In this document: piece after piece, positions 34,151 to 43,824 of the stretch | Position numbering within the stretch: the first letter of the stretch is position 1 | How the letters are laid out: each line of letters begins with the position of its first letter | Source of the DNA: Patescibacteria group bacterium | GTDB taxonomy: Bacteria > Patescibacteriota > Patescibacteriia > Patescibacteriales > UBA12465 | Direction: 5' to 3' | DNA: 45,571 nt | Assembly (NCBI GenBank): GCA_049294415.1 | Contig: JBAQCS010000037.1 | Location: 1 to 45,571 of the forward strand | Translations under genes and position numbers: made by a program | The notes under the pieces: generated by a model | What the model was told of the DNA's origin: nothing | Databases searched by the model: none | What the model saw: only the letters and a program-made list of their open reading frames with translations

Positions 34151-34966
34151 ATGAGAAATGTACTGCTTGCTTTGTTGTTTATTGTTATTTCTGGGGTTAT
34201 TTGGGCTCAAGACGTTAAAATTGTTCGATACGCACCTGATGCTTATCAAATTTATGAAATCAAAGAGGTCCCGATTGGCACTTTATCGAAAGTTGACCCT
34301 GATATTCCAGAGTATCTACTGACAGAAGTTTATAAACGCGGTTTGTTAACTCACGACTCTACCATTACCTGGAAAGAGTATAACGCTAAACATTTTTGGT
34401 TAACCAGGAATACTGACGTTAGTTATAAAATTGCCGTCTTTGTCGAAAAAGATAGAGAAATAAAAACAGTTATTCAGCCGGTTAGATCCAAAAAACTACC
34501 AGCTGTCGATGTTTATGTTTTACTATTTTGTTTTTTAATTACAGCTGTCTCTTTATGTGTGGTGAGTGTTCGTAATTTGATTATGCCAAACAATTTTATA
34601 GTTTTTTTTGCCTTTATATTACCAGTAATTTTTTGTTTCGCTATGCTAATCGTTACTTACATATTGCTTGATTATAGTCTATTGTATTTAATTGCTGCTT
34701 GTTTATTTATTGCTTTGCTTATTTATTCAGTTGTAATAAATACGACTAAATTTTTTACAATCAGGAAAGTCTATCTTCAATCACAATGGGTAAATTTAAT
34801 TTTAATTATTTTATCTTCAAGTTTGATTACTAAAAGTTTTTTACTACCGCTTCTATTAATCGTTATTTTTTGGGTGCCATTTGGTATTATTGTTAAAACT
34901 GTAAAAAATAACACAGTGCCAGCACCACCAGTGCTAACCAATAAATTTGTTGACGAAGAGTATTAG
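34151..34966 (+). CDS. hypothetical secreted-domain plus multi-TM protein (paralog family, member 3)
   Basis: Signal peptide ...IWAQD; YQIYE, KHFWLTRN, YKIAVF. The C-terminal PAPPVLTNKFVD resembles member 2 (PSVPSNKFID). AGGAGA lies upstream of the ATG. Confidence 0.65.
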   Translation: MRNVLLALLFIVISGVIWAQDVKIVRYAPDAYQIYEIKEVPIGTLSKVDPDIPEYLLTEVYKRGLLTHDSTITWKEYNAKHFWLTRNTDVSYKIAVFVEKDREIKTVIQPVRSKKLPAVDVYVLLFCFLITAVSLCVVSVRNLIMPNNFIVFFAFILPVIFCFAMLIVTYILLDYSLLYLIAACLFIALLIYSVVINTTKFFTIRKVYLQSQWVNLILIILSSSLITKSFLLPLLLIVIFWVPFGIIVKTVKNNTVPAPPVLTNKFVDEEY

Positions 34967-34990
34967 CCGAACTTATGAAATTGATTGCAG

Positions 34991-35024
34991 TCCCGGTAAC
35001 ACAAAGTTATCGGGATTTTTTTTA
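34991..35024 (+). terminator. rho-independent terminator (duplicated cassette, copy 2)
   Basis: TCCCGGTA-ACACAAAGT-TATCGGGA followed by TTTTTTTT. Confidence 0.7.
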
Positions 35025-35034
35025 TTTTAAAACA

Positions 35035-35063
35035 TTGACTAAACCATTATTTTCCGCTATAAA
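35035..35063 (+). promoter_or_regulatory. promoter of the infC-rpmI-rplT operon
   Basis: TTGACT (35035-35040), 17 nt, TATAAA (35058-35063). Confidence 0.6.
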
Positions 35064-35149
35064 TAGAGTGTTAATATAATATTTAAGTAAATGACCCATA
35101 TTAGGTCATTTTTGGCTAGGACACCCCGGTTCCAGCCCCCAATAAACTA

Positions 35150-35704
35150 ATGAGAATTAAATTCCACAGAACAGAGGCCAAAGAAAAGGTTTTCTTCAAA
35201 TCAAACTCACAAATCAAAGCCCCAGAGGTCTTTTTGATTGATGAAACAGGAGAAAACATTGGTATTATGCCTACTAGTGAGGCAATTGCCATGGCTGCTG
35301 ACTTAGAATTAGATTTAGTTGAAGTAAATCCTAAAGCTAACCCACCAGTTGCAAAAATCGTTGATCTTGGTCAATTAAAATACGAAAGAGAGAAAAAAGC
35401 CCATAAACAGAAGATGCAACAGAAAAAAGTAGAACTTAAAGCTGTTCGTCTTTCTTTTAGAATTAGTGACCATGACGCCGAGCTAAGATTTAACCAATCA
35501 GTTAAATTTTTAAGTAAAGGTGATAAGTTGAAAGTAGAGCTATTGCTGAAGGGCCGCGAGAAGCAATATCCACAAAAAGCCGCGGAAATAATGAATGAAT
35601 TTTTTAATAAATTAAAAGCCGTACCTGACTTTAATATTGAAGCTGAACAGACCTTGACAAAACAAGGTGGAAGATTTAGTATGATATTAATCAATAAAAA
35701 GTAA
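35150..35704 (+). CDS. infC: translation initiation factor IF-3
   Basis: IKAPEVFLIDETGENIGIMPTSEAIAMAADLELDLVEVNPKANPPVAKIVDLGQLKYE plus a C-terminal domain. 35150 is the first ATG after an in-frame TAG at 35117; the exact start is uncertain because IF-3 genes often use unusual starts. Confidence 0.88.
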   Translation: MRIKFHRTEAKEKVFFKSNSQIKAPEVFLIDETGENIGIMPTSEAIAMAADLELDLVEVNPKANPPVAKIVDLGQLKYEREKKAHKQKMQQKKVELKAVRLSFRISDHDAELRFNQSVKFLSKGDKLKVELLLKGREKQYPQKAAEIMNEFFNKLKAVPDFNIEAEQTLTKQGGRFSMILINKK

Positions 35705-35750
35705 GGATATTGTTTAAATCAGGTTTGAACCTGTTTTTTTCTTGAAAAGT

Positions 35751-35948
35751 ATGCCAAAAATGAAAACTCACCAAGCAACTGCTAAACGTTTTACAGTAAC
35801 TGCTGGTAAAAAACTTAAAAAAAGAAAGACCGGACAGGCTCATAATAACGCCCATGAATCCGGTACTACTACTCGTTCTAAGAGAATGGACGTTTCAGTA
35901 ACTAAAACTTTGACCAAAACTATTAAGACTTTGGCTCAACTTAACTAA
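35751..35948 (+). CDS. rpmI: 50S ribosomal protein L35
   Basis: MPKMKTHQATAKRF. I prefer the ATG at 35751 over the TTG at 35742. Confidence 0.9.
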   Translation: MPKMKTHQATAKRFTVTAGKKLKKRKTGQAHNNAHESGTTTRSKRMDVSVTKTLTKTIKTLAQLN

Positions 35949-35981
35949 CTCAAAAAAGATTTTTTTAGAAATTAGAATTTT

Positions 35982-36329
35982 ATGCCTAGAGTAAAACGCG
36001 GTACAAGCCATGTTAAAAGCAGAAAAAACCTCCTTCAGGATGTTAAAGGCTATAAATGGGGCCGCAAAAAATTAATCAAATTAGCAAAAACTGCTCGTAC
36101 TTTAGCCGGTGCTCACGCTTATGTTGATCGCAACAAAAAGAAAAGAGACATGCGCGCTTTATGGCAGATTCGTTTAAACGCTTTTGTTCGTGAATACGGT
36201 TTATCATATTCTAAATTCATGGGCTTATTAAAAGCTAATAACATTGAATTAGATCGTAAGGTTTTGTCAGAAATGGCTATCAACAACAAACAAGTCCTAG
36301 CTAAAATAATCGAGAAAATAAAAAAATAA
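35982..36329 (+). CDS. rplT: 50S ribosomal protein L20
   Basis: MPRVKRGTSHVKSRKNLLQDVKGYKWGRKK, ALWQIRLNA. Confidence 0.95.
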   Translation: MPRVKRGTSHVKSRKNLLQDVKGYKWGRKKLIKLAKTARTLAGAHAYVDRNKKKRDMRALWQIRLNAFVREYGLSYSKFMGLLKANNIELDRKVLSEMAINNKQVLAKIIEKIKK

Positions 36330-36332
36330 TTT

Positions 36333-36545
36333 ATGTCTTGGATTAAAATTGCCCAAGTAATTGTTTCTATCCTGCTTATAGTAGTTATCTTATTACAAAA
36401 TCGCGGCGCAGGCCTTGGTTCAGCTTTTGGTGGATCAGGCGGCGTATATTTGACTAAACGTGGCTTAGAGAAAAAGTTATTCATTGCCACTATTATTATT
36501 GCTGTTATTTTTTTCTCTCTATCACTTTTAGGTATTATTTTATAA
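36333..36545 (+). CDS. secG: preprotein translocase subunit SecG
   Basis: 70 aa, two TM helices flanking LLQNRGAGLGSAFGGSGG. Confidence 0.75.
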   Translation: MSWIKIAQVIVSILLIVVILLQNRGAGLGSAFGGSGGVYLTKRGLEKKLFIATIIIAVIFFSLSLLGIIL

Positions 36546-36555
36546 TCCTCTTAAC

Positions 36556-38511
36556 GTGAATCCTCTTAAAAGCAAAAGAAAAATCCTAGGTTCTGTAGGA
36601 AAAACTTGGTCCCGTTTTTCAAAGTCTTTTTGGAAAACGGCCAGTTTTTTGGTAAAGAGAAGGAAGAGTCAAATGGATCAATCGAGAGCTGATCAGAATT
36701 TAGTTTACACCTTAGCATCGAGCAAGATTCCTAACAGTGAACAAATAAAACAATTAGATAAAACTTTATCTCATAAAGAACGTTTAATTATTCGTATTTG
36801 TTTAGCGATTGTTTTAGTTAACGTTATTTATTTAGGTGTTCGTTATTATAATAAGCACGTAGCTTACTTACCGGTGGTAGGTGGAGTATATCGTGAAGGT
36901 GTTGTTGGTTATCCTCAAACTGTTAATCCTTTATATAGTGTTAATCGTGATGTTGATAGTGATTTAACTAGACTGATTTATTCCAGTTTATTTAAGTATG
37001 ATGAGACTGGTAGTTTAATCGGTGATTTAGCTAGTAATGTTGAAACAGCTGATAGTAAAGAATTTGTAATTACCATTAGACCTGGTGTTAAGTGGCATAG
37101 CGGAGAAGACTTAACAGTTGATGATATTATTTTTACTTTTAATTTAATTCAGAACGCTGAATATAGATCTCCACTTCGTCAGAATTTTGCTGGTGTAACA
37201 GTTGAAAAAGTTAGTGATAACTCTATTAAATTTGTTTTACCAACTGCTTATTCTTTCTTCCCTAATTTACTGACTTTTGGCATCATGCCCCAAAGTGTTT
37301 GGGAAAATATTGCTCCTGGTTCAGCTAACTTAAGTGAACTTAATTTACAAGCTATTGGTTCTGGTCCCTATAAATTCGAGTCTTTATTAAAAGATAAACG
37401 CGGAGAGCTTAAAGAATATAGATTATTAGCTAACTCTAATTATTACGGAGCTAAGCCCTATATCGAAGAAGTAATTTTTAAATTTTACCCAGATTCTAAC
37501 GAATTAATTACTGCCTTAAATGCTGGTGATGTTCAAGGTATCGCCCACTTATCAGTTGATCAGAAAAAAACTTTACTAGCCCAAAATTCTTTACGTTTTA
37601 ATTTACTTGATTCATCTCAAGAAAGTTTAATTTTTATTAATTCAACTATTAATAAGAATTTAGCTGAAGTAGAAGTGAGAAAAGCGTTAGCTTTAGCAAT
37701 TGATAAACCAACAATTGTTAGAGATAATTTTTTTGACTTTTACAAAGTCCTAAGTGGACCAATCGCTAACAATTCTCCATTATTTAATACGGAGATTGAT
37801 CAATATAATTTTAACGCAGCGGCAGCTAATACTAAATTAGATGAAGCTGGTTGGCAGAGTATTGTAGTAACAGCTAATGACGCTAGTGTTAGTGAACCTA
37901 GTGATGAATTAAAAGCTGTTATCGATTATGCTTCTAGCACTAAAGAAGCAATTGATGGCACTTGGCGTTTTAAAAAAGATAAAAAAGGTAATGTCTCATT
38001 ACTAACAGTTGTTTTAACAGCCGTTGATAATGGTGATAGTTTAGTGGTTGCCCAAAGAGTTAAAGACTATTGGAATGCTATTGGAGTTCATACTAGTTTA
38101 AATTTAATTTCTTCTAGTGATGCGGCTAATGTAGTTATGTCTCGTAATTTTGAGACCATGTTCTATAGTGAATTAATTGGCAGCAACCCTGATTTATTTT
38201 TCTTCTGGCATTCTAGTCAAATTGGTAGCCGCGGTTTAAATATTGCTGCTTATCGCAATGACAATGTTGATAAACTTTTAGAAGAAGTAAGAATCAGTAG
38301 CGACACTAATGTTAAAAATAATAATTACCGAGAAGTTCAGAAAATTATAGCCTCTGAATTACCAGTCATTTTTCTATACGAAAATAACTATCTTTATGTT
38401 CAAAGCAAAAAGTTAAAAGGCTTTGCAACTACTGCTATTAACGATCCATCTGATCGTTTCGCTGGAATTTCCAGTTGGTATTTGAAAACTAAGAATAAAT
38501 TCTCTTTTTAA
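36556..38511 (+). CDS. ABC-transporter family-5 (peptide/nickel type) substrate-binding protein with N-terminal TM anchor
   Basis: SBP_bac_5-like blocks (VKWHSGEDLTVDDIIFTF, GSGPYKF, YYGAKPYIEEVIFKF). The GTG start at 36556 is uncertain; an internal ATG lies at 36673. Confidence 0.75.
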   Translation: MNPLKSKRKILGSVGKTWSRFSKSFWKTASFLVKRRKSQMDQSRADQNLVYTLASSKIPNSEQIKQLDKTLSHKERLIIRICLAIVLVNVIYLGVRYYNKHVAYLPVVGGVYREGVVGYPQTVNPLYSVNRDVDSDLTRLIYSSLFKYDETGSLIGDLASNVETADSKEFVITIRPGVKWHSGEDLTVDDIIFTFNLIQNAEYRSPLRQNFAGVTVEKVSDNSIKFVLPTAYSFFPNLLTFGIMPQSVWENIAPGSANLSELNLQAIGSGPYKFESLLKDKRGELKEYRLLANSNYYGAKPYIEEVIFKFYPDSNELITALNAGDVQGIAHLSVDQKKTLLAQNSLRFNLLDSSQESLIFINSTINKNLAEVEVRKALALAIDKPTIVRDNFFDFYKVLSGPIANNSPLFNTEIDQYNFNAAAANTKLDEAGWQSIVVTANDASVSEPSDELKAVIDYASSTKEAIDGTWRFKKDKKGNVSLLTVVLTAVDNGDSLVVAQRVKDYWNAIGVHTSLNLISSSDAANVVMSRNFETMFYSELIGSNPDLFFFWHSSQIGSRGLNIAAYRNDNVDKLLEEVRISSDTNVKNNNYREVQKIIASELPVIFLYENNYLYVQSKKLKGFATTAINDPSDRFAGISSWYLKTKNKFSF

Positions 38512-38609
38512 AAATATCTCTTTAATTTAAATTAATTAAACGAATTAATAACTGCACTTTTAGTCTTATGATTTTAAGTTATTAAGTTTTAATTCTCTCT
38601 CAAACAAAA

Positions 38610-40727
38610 ATGATTACTAAGTACAAGTCACCTTTGGCTGCGGCCGGCAATTTTTCGTCTGGTCAAAAGTCCAATGATGACTCGTTGGTGTTAAAACCAA
38701 CTCGGCCGGTTTTTAATCGCCGCCGACCACAAAATTCTAAGCCCTTATTAACAAAATCTGTTTTAACAGATCCTTTTAACATTGATGCAATTTTAAAAGA
38801 GGACAAAGAATTTTTAAAAAATGAAGGTAAGCCAGTTACTGGCGTGGTAAATCGTCCGACTATTATTCGGGCCGTGAGTCCAGTTGCTCGTCCTACTGTT
38901 TCTGTTGCTAAACCTAGTGCACCTCGTCCCTATAATAATGGTGGTGCTCGCAGTTTTACTAATCGCCCTATTAATCCTAATGTAACCCGTAGTCGTAATA
39001 GTGTTGTGCCAGCTGCCGTTGGCGCTCCAGTTTTTTCTAAGACCAACGGTCAAGATAACTTACGCGTTATTTTCTTAGGAGGCTTAGAGGAGGTTGGTCG
39101 TAATATGTCTGTCATTGAATGTAATGATGATATCATTACCATTGATATGGGTTTACAGTTTCCTGAAGAAGACATGCCTGGCATCGATTACATTATTCCT
39201 AACGTTGCTTACTTACAAGATAAGAAAGACAAAATTAGAGGTTGTATTATTACTCATGGTCACTATGATCACATCGGTGGTATTCCACACATCATGGGCG
39301 AAATTGGTAACCCACCAATGTTCATGGGTAAGTTAACAGCTGGTATTGTCAGAAAACGTCACATGGAATATAAGTCAGCACCTGCTTTAAAGATTAAAGA
39401 AATTGATGACACCATGAAAATTAAATTAGGCGCTTCGATTGAAGTAGAATTTTTACGTGTTAATCATTCTATCCCTGATTGTTTTGCTATTATTGTTCAT
39501 ACCCCACTTGGTACTTTAATTCATACTGGAGATTTCAAAATCGATTTCTCTCCTGTTAATGATAAACCTGCTGATTTACAACGTATTGCTCAAATCGGAA
39601 ACAAAGGCGTGTTAATGTTAATGTCAGATTCAACTGATGCGACTCATGCTGGTTACCAAATTTCTGAATCAGCTATTGGTGATGAAATGGGCAAATTATT
39701 TGAAAAGATTGATGGCCGTATTATTATCGGAACTTTCGCTTCTCAATTATCTCGTATTCAAAAGATTTTTGAATTAGCTGAAAAGAATGGCCGCCGCGTT
39801 TCTTTACAGGGTCGCAGTATTGCGTCGAATGTAGAGATTGCTCACGGTATTGGTTATTTAAAATTCAACCCTCGTTTAATTATTGATGATAAAGAATTAA
39901 ATAGTTTACCAGATAATAAAGTTATTATTATTGGTTCCGGTGCTCAAGGTGAAGACAACGCTTTCTTAAGTCGTGTGGTTAACGGTGAACACCGTACTGT
40001 TTATTTAAAACCAGGTGATACTGTATTATTTTCATCTTCAGTTATTCCTGGTAACGAAAGATCTATTCAAAATTTAATGGATAGAGTTGTTCGTTGCGGT
40101 GCTAAGATTATTAATTACCGCATGTTAGATATTCACGCTGGTGGACACGCTAAGCAAGAAGATTTGAAATTAATGATGCGTTTAATTAAGCCTGAATATT
40201 TTATGCCAATTGAAGCTAATCACTACATGCTTCGTGCTCATGCTGAACTTGCTTTACAAGTTGGTATCGCCCCTACTAAAATTTTTGTGGCTGATAACGG
40301 TCAAGTAGTTAACTTCACTAAAGTTCAAGGTCAGATTCACGGCTCACTTACTCAAGAGAAAGTACCAACTGATTATGTGATGGTTGATGGACTTGGAGTT
40401 GGTGATGTGTCTGAAGTTGTGCTTCGCGACAGACGTATGATGTCTGAGGATGGTATGATTGTTATTATTGCTACTATCGATTCTAAGACTGGAGATATTA
40501 TTGGTAACCCTGATATTATTTCTCGCGGTTTCGTTCACATGAAAGAAAATCGTGAGCTAATTGAAAAGACTCGTATGAGAGTTAAAAAATTAGTAAAAGA
40601 TAAAAACCCAATGACATCACTCGATGATGATTATGTAAAAAATAAAATCAGAAATGATATCGGACAATTCTTGTTTACTCAAACTAAGAGACGTCCAATG
40701 GTTCTGCCAGTTATTATTAAAGTATAA
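38610..40727 (+). CDS. rnj: ribonuclease J (metallo-beta-lactamase / beta-CASP) with a ~150-aa low-complexity N-terminal extension
   Basis: LRVIFLGGLEEVGRNM, ITHGHYDHIGG, SDSTDA, HAGGHAKQEDL. The N-terminal Pro/Arg/Asn/Val-rich segment has no internal Met. Confidence 0.9.
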   Translation: MITKYKSPLAAAGNFSSGQKSNDDSLVLKPTRPVFNRRRPQNSKPLLTKSVLTDPFNIDAILKEDKEFLKNEGKPVTGVVNRPTIIRAVSPVARPTVSVAKPSAPRPYNNGGARSFTNRPINPNVTRSRNSVVPAAVGAPVFSKTNGQDNLRVIFLGGLEEVGRNMSVIECNDDIITIDMGLQFPEEDMPGIDYIIPNVAYLQDKKDKIRGCIITHGHYDHIGGIPHIMGEIGNPPMFMGKLTAGIVRKRHMEYKSAPALKIKEIDDTMKIKLGASIEVEFLRVNHSIPDCFAIIVHTPLGTLIHTGDFKIDFSPVNDKPADLQRIAQIGNKGVLMLMSDSTDATHAGYQISESAIGDEMGKLFEKIDGRIIIGTFASQLSRIQKIFELAEKNGRRVSLQGRSIASNVEIAHGIGYLKFNPRLIIDDKELNSLPDNKVIIIGSGAQGEDNAFLSRVVNGEHRTVYLKPGDTVLFSSSVIPGNERSIQNLMDRVVRCGAKIINYRMLDIHAGGHAKQEDLKLMMRLIKPEYFMPIEANHYMLRAHAELALQVGIAPTKIFVADNGQVVNFTKVQGQIHGSLTQEKVPTDYVMVDGLGVGDVSEVVLRDRRMMSEDGMIVIIATIDSKTGDIIGNPDIISRGFVHMKENRELIEKTRMRVKKLVKDKNPMTSLDDDYVKNKIRNDIGQFLFTQTKRRPMVLPVIIKV

Positions 40728-40741
40728 TAGTTTCTCTATAG

Positions 40742-40771
40742 AAAAAGGCTTCCGCGAGGAGGTCTTTTTTG
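40742..40771 (+). terminator. rho-independent terminator after rnj
   Basis: GGCTTCC-GCGA-GGAGGTC (7 bp including GU pairs), then TTTTTT. Confidence 0.6.
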
Positions 40772-40836
40772 GTATATGGACACGGAGGTTAGGAGGGTAT
40801 ATATTAGTTATGGCTTTTTAAATTAACTTTAATTAT

Positions 40837-41877
40837 ATGGCTCGAATCATTGCTAAAGGTTATTCATTTGACGATGTTTTAATTGTGCCTAAATACAATA
40901 AGATTGTGTCCCGTCGTGATGTTAGATTCCAAACCAGAGTGACTAAAAATTACCAAATTGATATTCCAATTCTAGCTGCTAACATGGATACGGTTTGTGA
41001 AAGTCCGATGGCGATTGCCTTAGGAAGACTGGGCGGACTAGGTGTGATTCATCGTTTTTTAAGTATTGAAGATCAAGTAGCTGAAGTTGCTAAAGTTAAA
41101 TCTGAAAATTTAATTACAGCTGCAGCCGTTGGTATTAAAGATTATGAAGAAAGAGTTAAAGCTTTAAATGAGGTTGGTTTAAATATTATTGTACTCGACG
41201 TGGCTCATGGTCACTCTAAAAGAGCTGGTAAAACTTTAGATTTTATTAAAGAGAATTATCCGCAGATTGATGTGATGGTTGGTAACGTAGCTACTAAAGA
41301 TGCGGCTGAATATTTTATCAGTAAAAAAGCCGATGCGATTAAAGTTGGCATTGGACCTGGTTCTATGTGTACGACTAGAATTATGTCGGGAGCTGGTGTA
41401 CCGCAAATTACGGCTATCATGGATGTCTATGAAGCTACTCAAGGCAGAATTCCAGTTTGTGGTGATGGTGGCTTGAAAAACCCAGGTGATGTGACTAAAG
41501 CAATTGGAGCTGGTGCTGACACGGTCATGATGGGCTCAATGTTTGCAGGAGCTGATGAAACTCCAGGAGAAATTATAGAACGTGATGGTGTTAAGGTTAA
41601 AGAGTATCGCGGCATGGCTAGCTTTATGGCGACTGTCAAAAAATTAAAATTAGATGGTCAAAAAGTGGAAGAAGATGTTCATGTGGAAGGTGAAATGACT
41701 ATGGTTCCTGCCAAGGGACCCGTATCTAAAATAATTACTAAATTACTGGGCGGTTTAGCCTCGGGCATGACTTATATGGGTGCGGCTAATATTGAAGCGA
41801 TTCGCGGTAAAGCTGATTTTATCGAAATAACTAGTGCTGGTTACGGAGAGAGCGTGGCTCATGGGGTAAAGAAATAG
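40837..41877 (+). CDS. IMP dehydrogenase / GMP reductase family protein lacking the CBS subdomain
   Basis: 346 aa. FDDVLIVP, catalytic-Cys loop [38 protein letters not shown] cannot separate guaB from guaC by eye. Confidence 0.85.
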   Translation: MARIIAKGYSFDDVLIVPKYNKIVSRRDVRFQTRVTKNYQIDIPILAANMDTVCESPMAIALGRLGGLGVIHRFLSIEDQVAEVAKVKSENLITAAAVGIKDYEERVKALNEVGLNIIVLDVAHGHSKRAGKTLDFIKENYPQIDVMVGNVATKDAAEYFISKKADAIKVGIGPGSMCTTRIMSGAGVPQITAIMDVYEATQGRIPVCGDGGLKNPGDVTKAIGAGADTVMMGSMFAGADETPGEIIERDGVKVKEYRGMASFMATVKKLKLDGQKVEEDVHVEGEMTMVPAKGPVSKIITKLLGGLASGMTYMGAANIEAIRGKADFIEITSAGYGESVAHGVKK

Positions 41878-41925
41878 ATGTCTTGACATACTTTATAATA
41901 TCTGTTAAGGTAGGGCCAGTTCATT

Positions 41926-42150
41926 ATGCTACATTTAATAACCAAGACAATTCTTGGTTTAGCATCACTGGCTGCTGGGGTTTATGGCTTTTATGTCATG
42001 GGCCAAGCTGACCAGATTTTAGAGAAATTACCATTACTGTTTGGCACGCTAATATTTGTTAGCACTGCTATGACATTTTTGGGGATTAATTTAATTGCTG
42101 AACCAGGATTGCAGGAAAAATTCCAAACAAAGCTAAGTGAAGTAAAGTAA
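41926..42150 (+). CDS. hypothetical two-TM small protein
   Basis: 74 aa with two hydrophobic helices. No other support. Confidence 0.4.
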   Translation: MLHLITKTILGLASLAAGVYGFYVMGQADQILEKLPLLFGTLIFVSTAMTFLGINLIAEPGLQEKFQTKLSEVK

Positions 42151-42363
42151 CTTAAGCTGCTGGTACTGTGGCGAGGATAACGCTGTTTAGTTTTACAATT
42201 TAAGTGTGAAGTAAAATCGTTAAGATAGCTGTTTGATATAGCTAGAGAATTTACTTGGTGCTTCTAAGAGTTTCTAAACGCTTAAGTAATTAAGCAAACA
42301 AAAAACAAGTGTCGGATTAGTCATAAACCAAAATATTGAGCCATTCTACAAAGGATGGCTTTT

Positions 42364-42448
42364 ATATTGACTAGACTAGTAGATATTGGTAAAGTTACCT
42401 GAATTAGTTTTTTTACAAATAAGATTACAAACTTCTAAATCTTTATAA
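42364..42448 (+). promoter_or_regulatory. promoter plus conserved ~55-nt 5' leader (duplicated cassette, copy A)
   Basis: TTGACT (42367-42372), 17 nt, TGgTAAAGT (extended -10, hexamer 42390-42395). The leader ...GAATTAGTTTTTTTACAAATAAGATTACAAACTTCTAAATCTTTATAAATG is nearly identical to copy B. Confidence 0.65.
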
Positions 42449-43075
42449 ATGAAAACAAAAACTTGGTGGCAAATTCCAGCCTTGTTAATGATTTTAATGG
42501 CGATAACCCGTTTGCTAACTTATTGGTGGACCGGTGAAGTTCCCACTGTTGGTAACATCTCTTTCTATCACGACATTGTCGGTGACGGTAATCATGTACC
42601 GAAGTTAAACTTTCCTTACCTCTCTAAATTTTGGGATATTCCAGCAGTTGGTATTTTTGCTTTGATAGTTATTTTTATTATTCGTCTGATTAATAAATTT
42701 GACAGCATCGGGGGTATGCAGTTTTTGAAGATAATTGTATTTTGTTATTTTGGAATAGCCTTTATTATTTTTCCAGTTATGTCGGAAAAAAATCCGTTTG
42801 CTTATTTTTTGATTTTTTTAGTCTTCGCTTTATTTCTTAATATTTTTATAACAATGTTAGGCGAAGGATTATTTGAATTAAGAGACAATATCTTAATTAG
42901 TTCTTTAATCGGATTATTCTCAGGAGCTTTTTTAAGCTTAAATATCGGAGTAACTTTGGGTTTGTTCGTAGCAATAATTATTTTTTTAATTTTTGCAGTA
43001 ATGGACGTCATCTTTTCTCTGATAAAAAGTTTATTCCTTTGGGATTTTAAGATGTCATATAAAAATAATGATTAA
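42449..43075 (+). CDS. hypothetical polytopic membrane protein (208 aa)
   Basis: 5-6 hydrophobic helices. First gene behind leader copy A. Confidence 0.55.
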   Translation: MKTKTWWQIPALLMILMAITRLLTYWWTGEVPTVGNISFYHDIVGDGNHVPKLNFPYLSKFWDIPAVGIFALIVIFIIRLINKFDSIGGMQFLKIIVFCYFGIAFIIFPVMSEKNPFAYFLIFLVFALFLNIFITMLGEGLFELRDNILISSLIGLFSGAFLSLNIGVTLGLFVAIIIFLIFAVMDVIFSLIKSLFLWDFKMSYKNND

Positions 43076-43087
43076 AAAATAGACAAG

Positions 43088-43684
43088 ATGAAACAAGAAA
43101 TTAATTTAATTGGCTGTGTTGCTCCGTTTGAACTTAATAATTTTTTGGACAAGATTATGAGACAAACTGGAGAAAGAGATCCTGCTAAAATTGTAGCTTT
43201 AATTAATTCTGGAGAAATAGTCCTGGCTAATATCAAAACTGGCTGGGAGTATCAGGATGGAATATGTTCCTTCTCGGTTACCTCTGATGGCATGGGCGGT
43301 GCTCAGTGGCCACAAAGATTAAAGAACAAAGGTATTAGTGTTGATGATGAGGTAAAGAAAATACTTCTCTCTGATAAATTCCAACCGACTAGCGGTGTTA
43401 CGACTAAAATATTTATTATTAAAGGACGTAATATTAAGTCCGGTGGTAAATATTTGGTGGAAGCAGCTGAAAAAAGAGGACTGATTGAACCTAGCTATGG
43501 AGCAGAACTGGCTTGTTTGACGAGAGAAAAATTTTCTAACTTGCAAATATGCTTGATGGAGGTAGGTACAATTGTCTTTGGTGTTGGTGAGTTGTTTTTT
43601 TGTCTCGATATTGATAAAGATTATATTACCGCCGTTAAAAGATATATGGACCAGGATTTTTCTTATACTTTTGAAGCAGAATAG
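43088..43684 (+). CDS. hypothetical soluble protein (paralog pair, member A)
   Basis: Aligns along its full length with 43825..44433 (NIKTGW, QWPQRLKNKGISVDD vs QWLKRLKNKGIYVDD, ELACLTREKFSN vs ELACLIRDKFTN, DQDFSYTFE vs DSDFSYVFQ). Confidence 0.65.
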   Translation: MKQEINLIGCVAPFELNNFLDKIMRQTGERDPAKIVALINSGEIVLANIKTGWEYQDGICSFSVTSDGMGGAQWPQRLKNKGISVDDEVKKILLSDKFQPTSGVTTKIFIIKGRNIKSGGKYLVEAAEKRGLIEPSYGAELACLTREKFSNLQICLMEVGTIVFGVGELFFCLDIDKDYITAVKRYMDQDFSYTFEAE

Positions 43685-43737
43685 CATCGCGGGGCTTTAT
43701 TTTATACAAATAATTTGTGTAGAATGGAGCCCCTTTT

Positions 43738-43824
43738 TTATTGACATAAATATCTTATTTTGGTAAAGTTGCTGGAATTAGTTTTTTTTACAAACAAGAT
43801 TATTAACTTCTAAATCTTTATACT
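43738..43824 (+). promoter_or_regulatory. promoter plus conserved 5' leader (duplicated cassette, copy B)
   Basis: TTGACA (43741-43746), 17 nt, TGgTAAAGT (hexamer 43764-43769). The leader matches copy A. Confidence 0.65.

Noticed and set aside
36544-36569. Direct repeat AATCCTCTTAA-cgtg-AATCCTCTTAA spanning the secG stop and the GTG start of the SBP gene
   Set aside because: It is real in the sequence, but it is short, single and explainable as a small local duplication. I see no functional implication beyond uncertainty about the SBP start codon.
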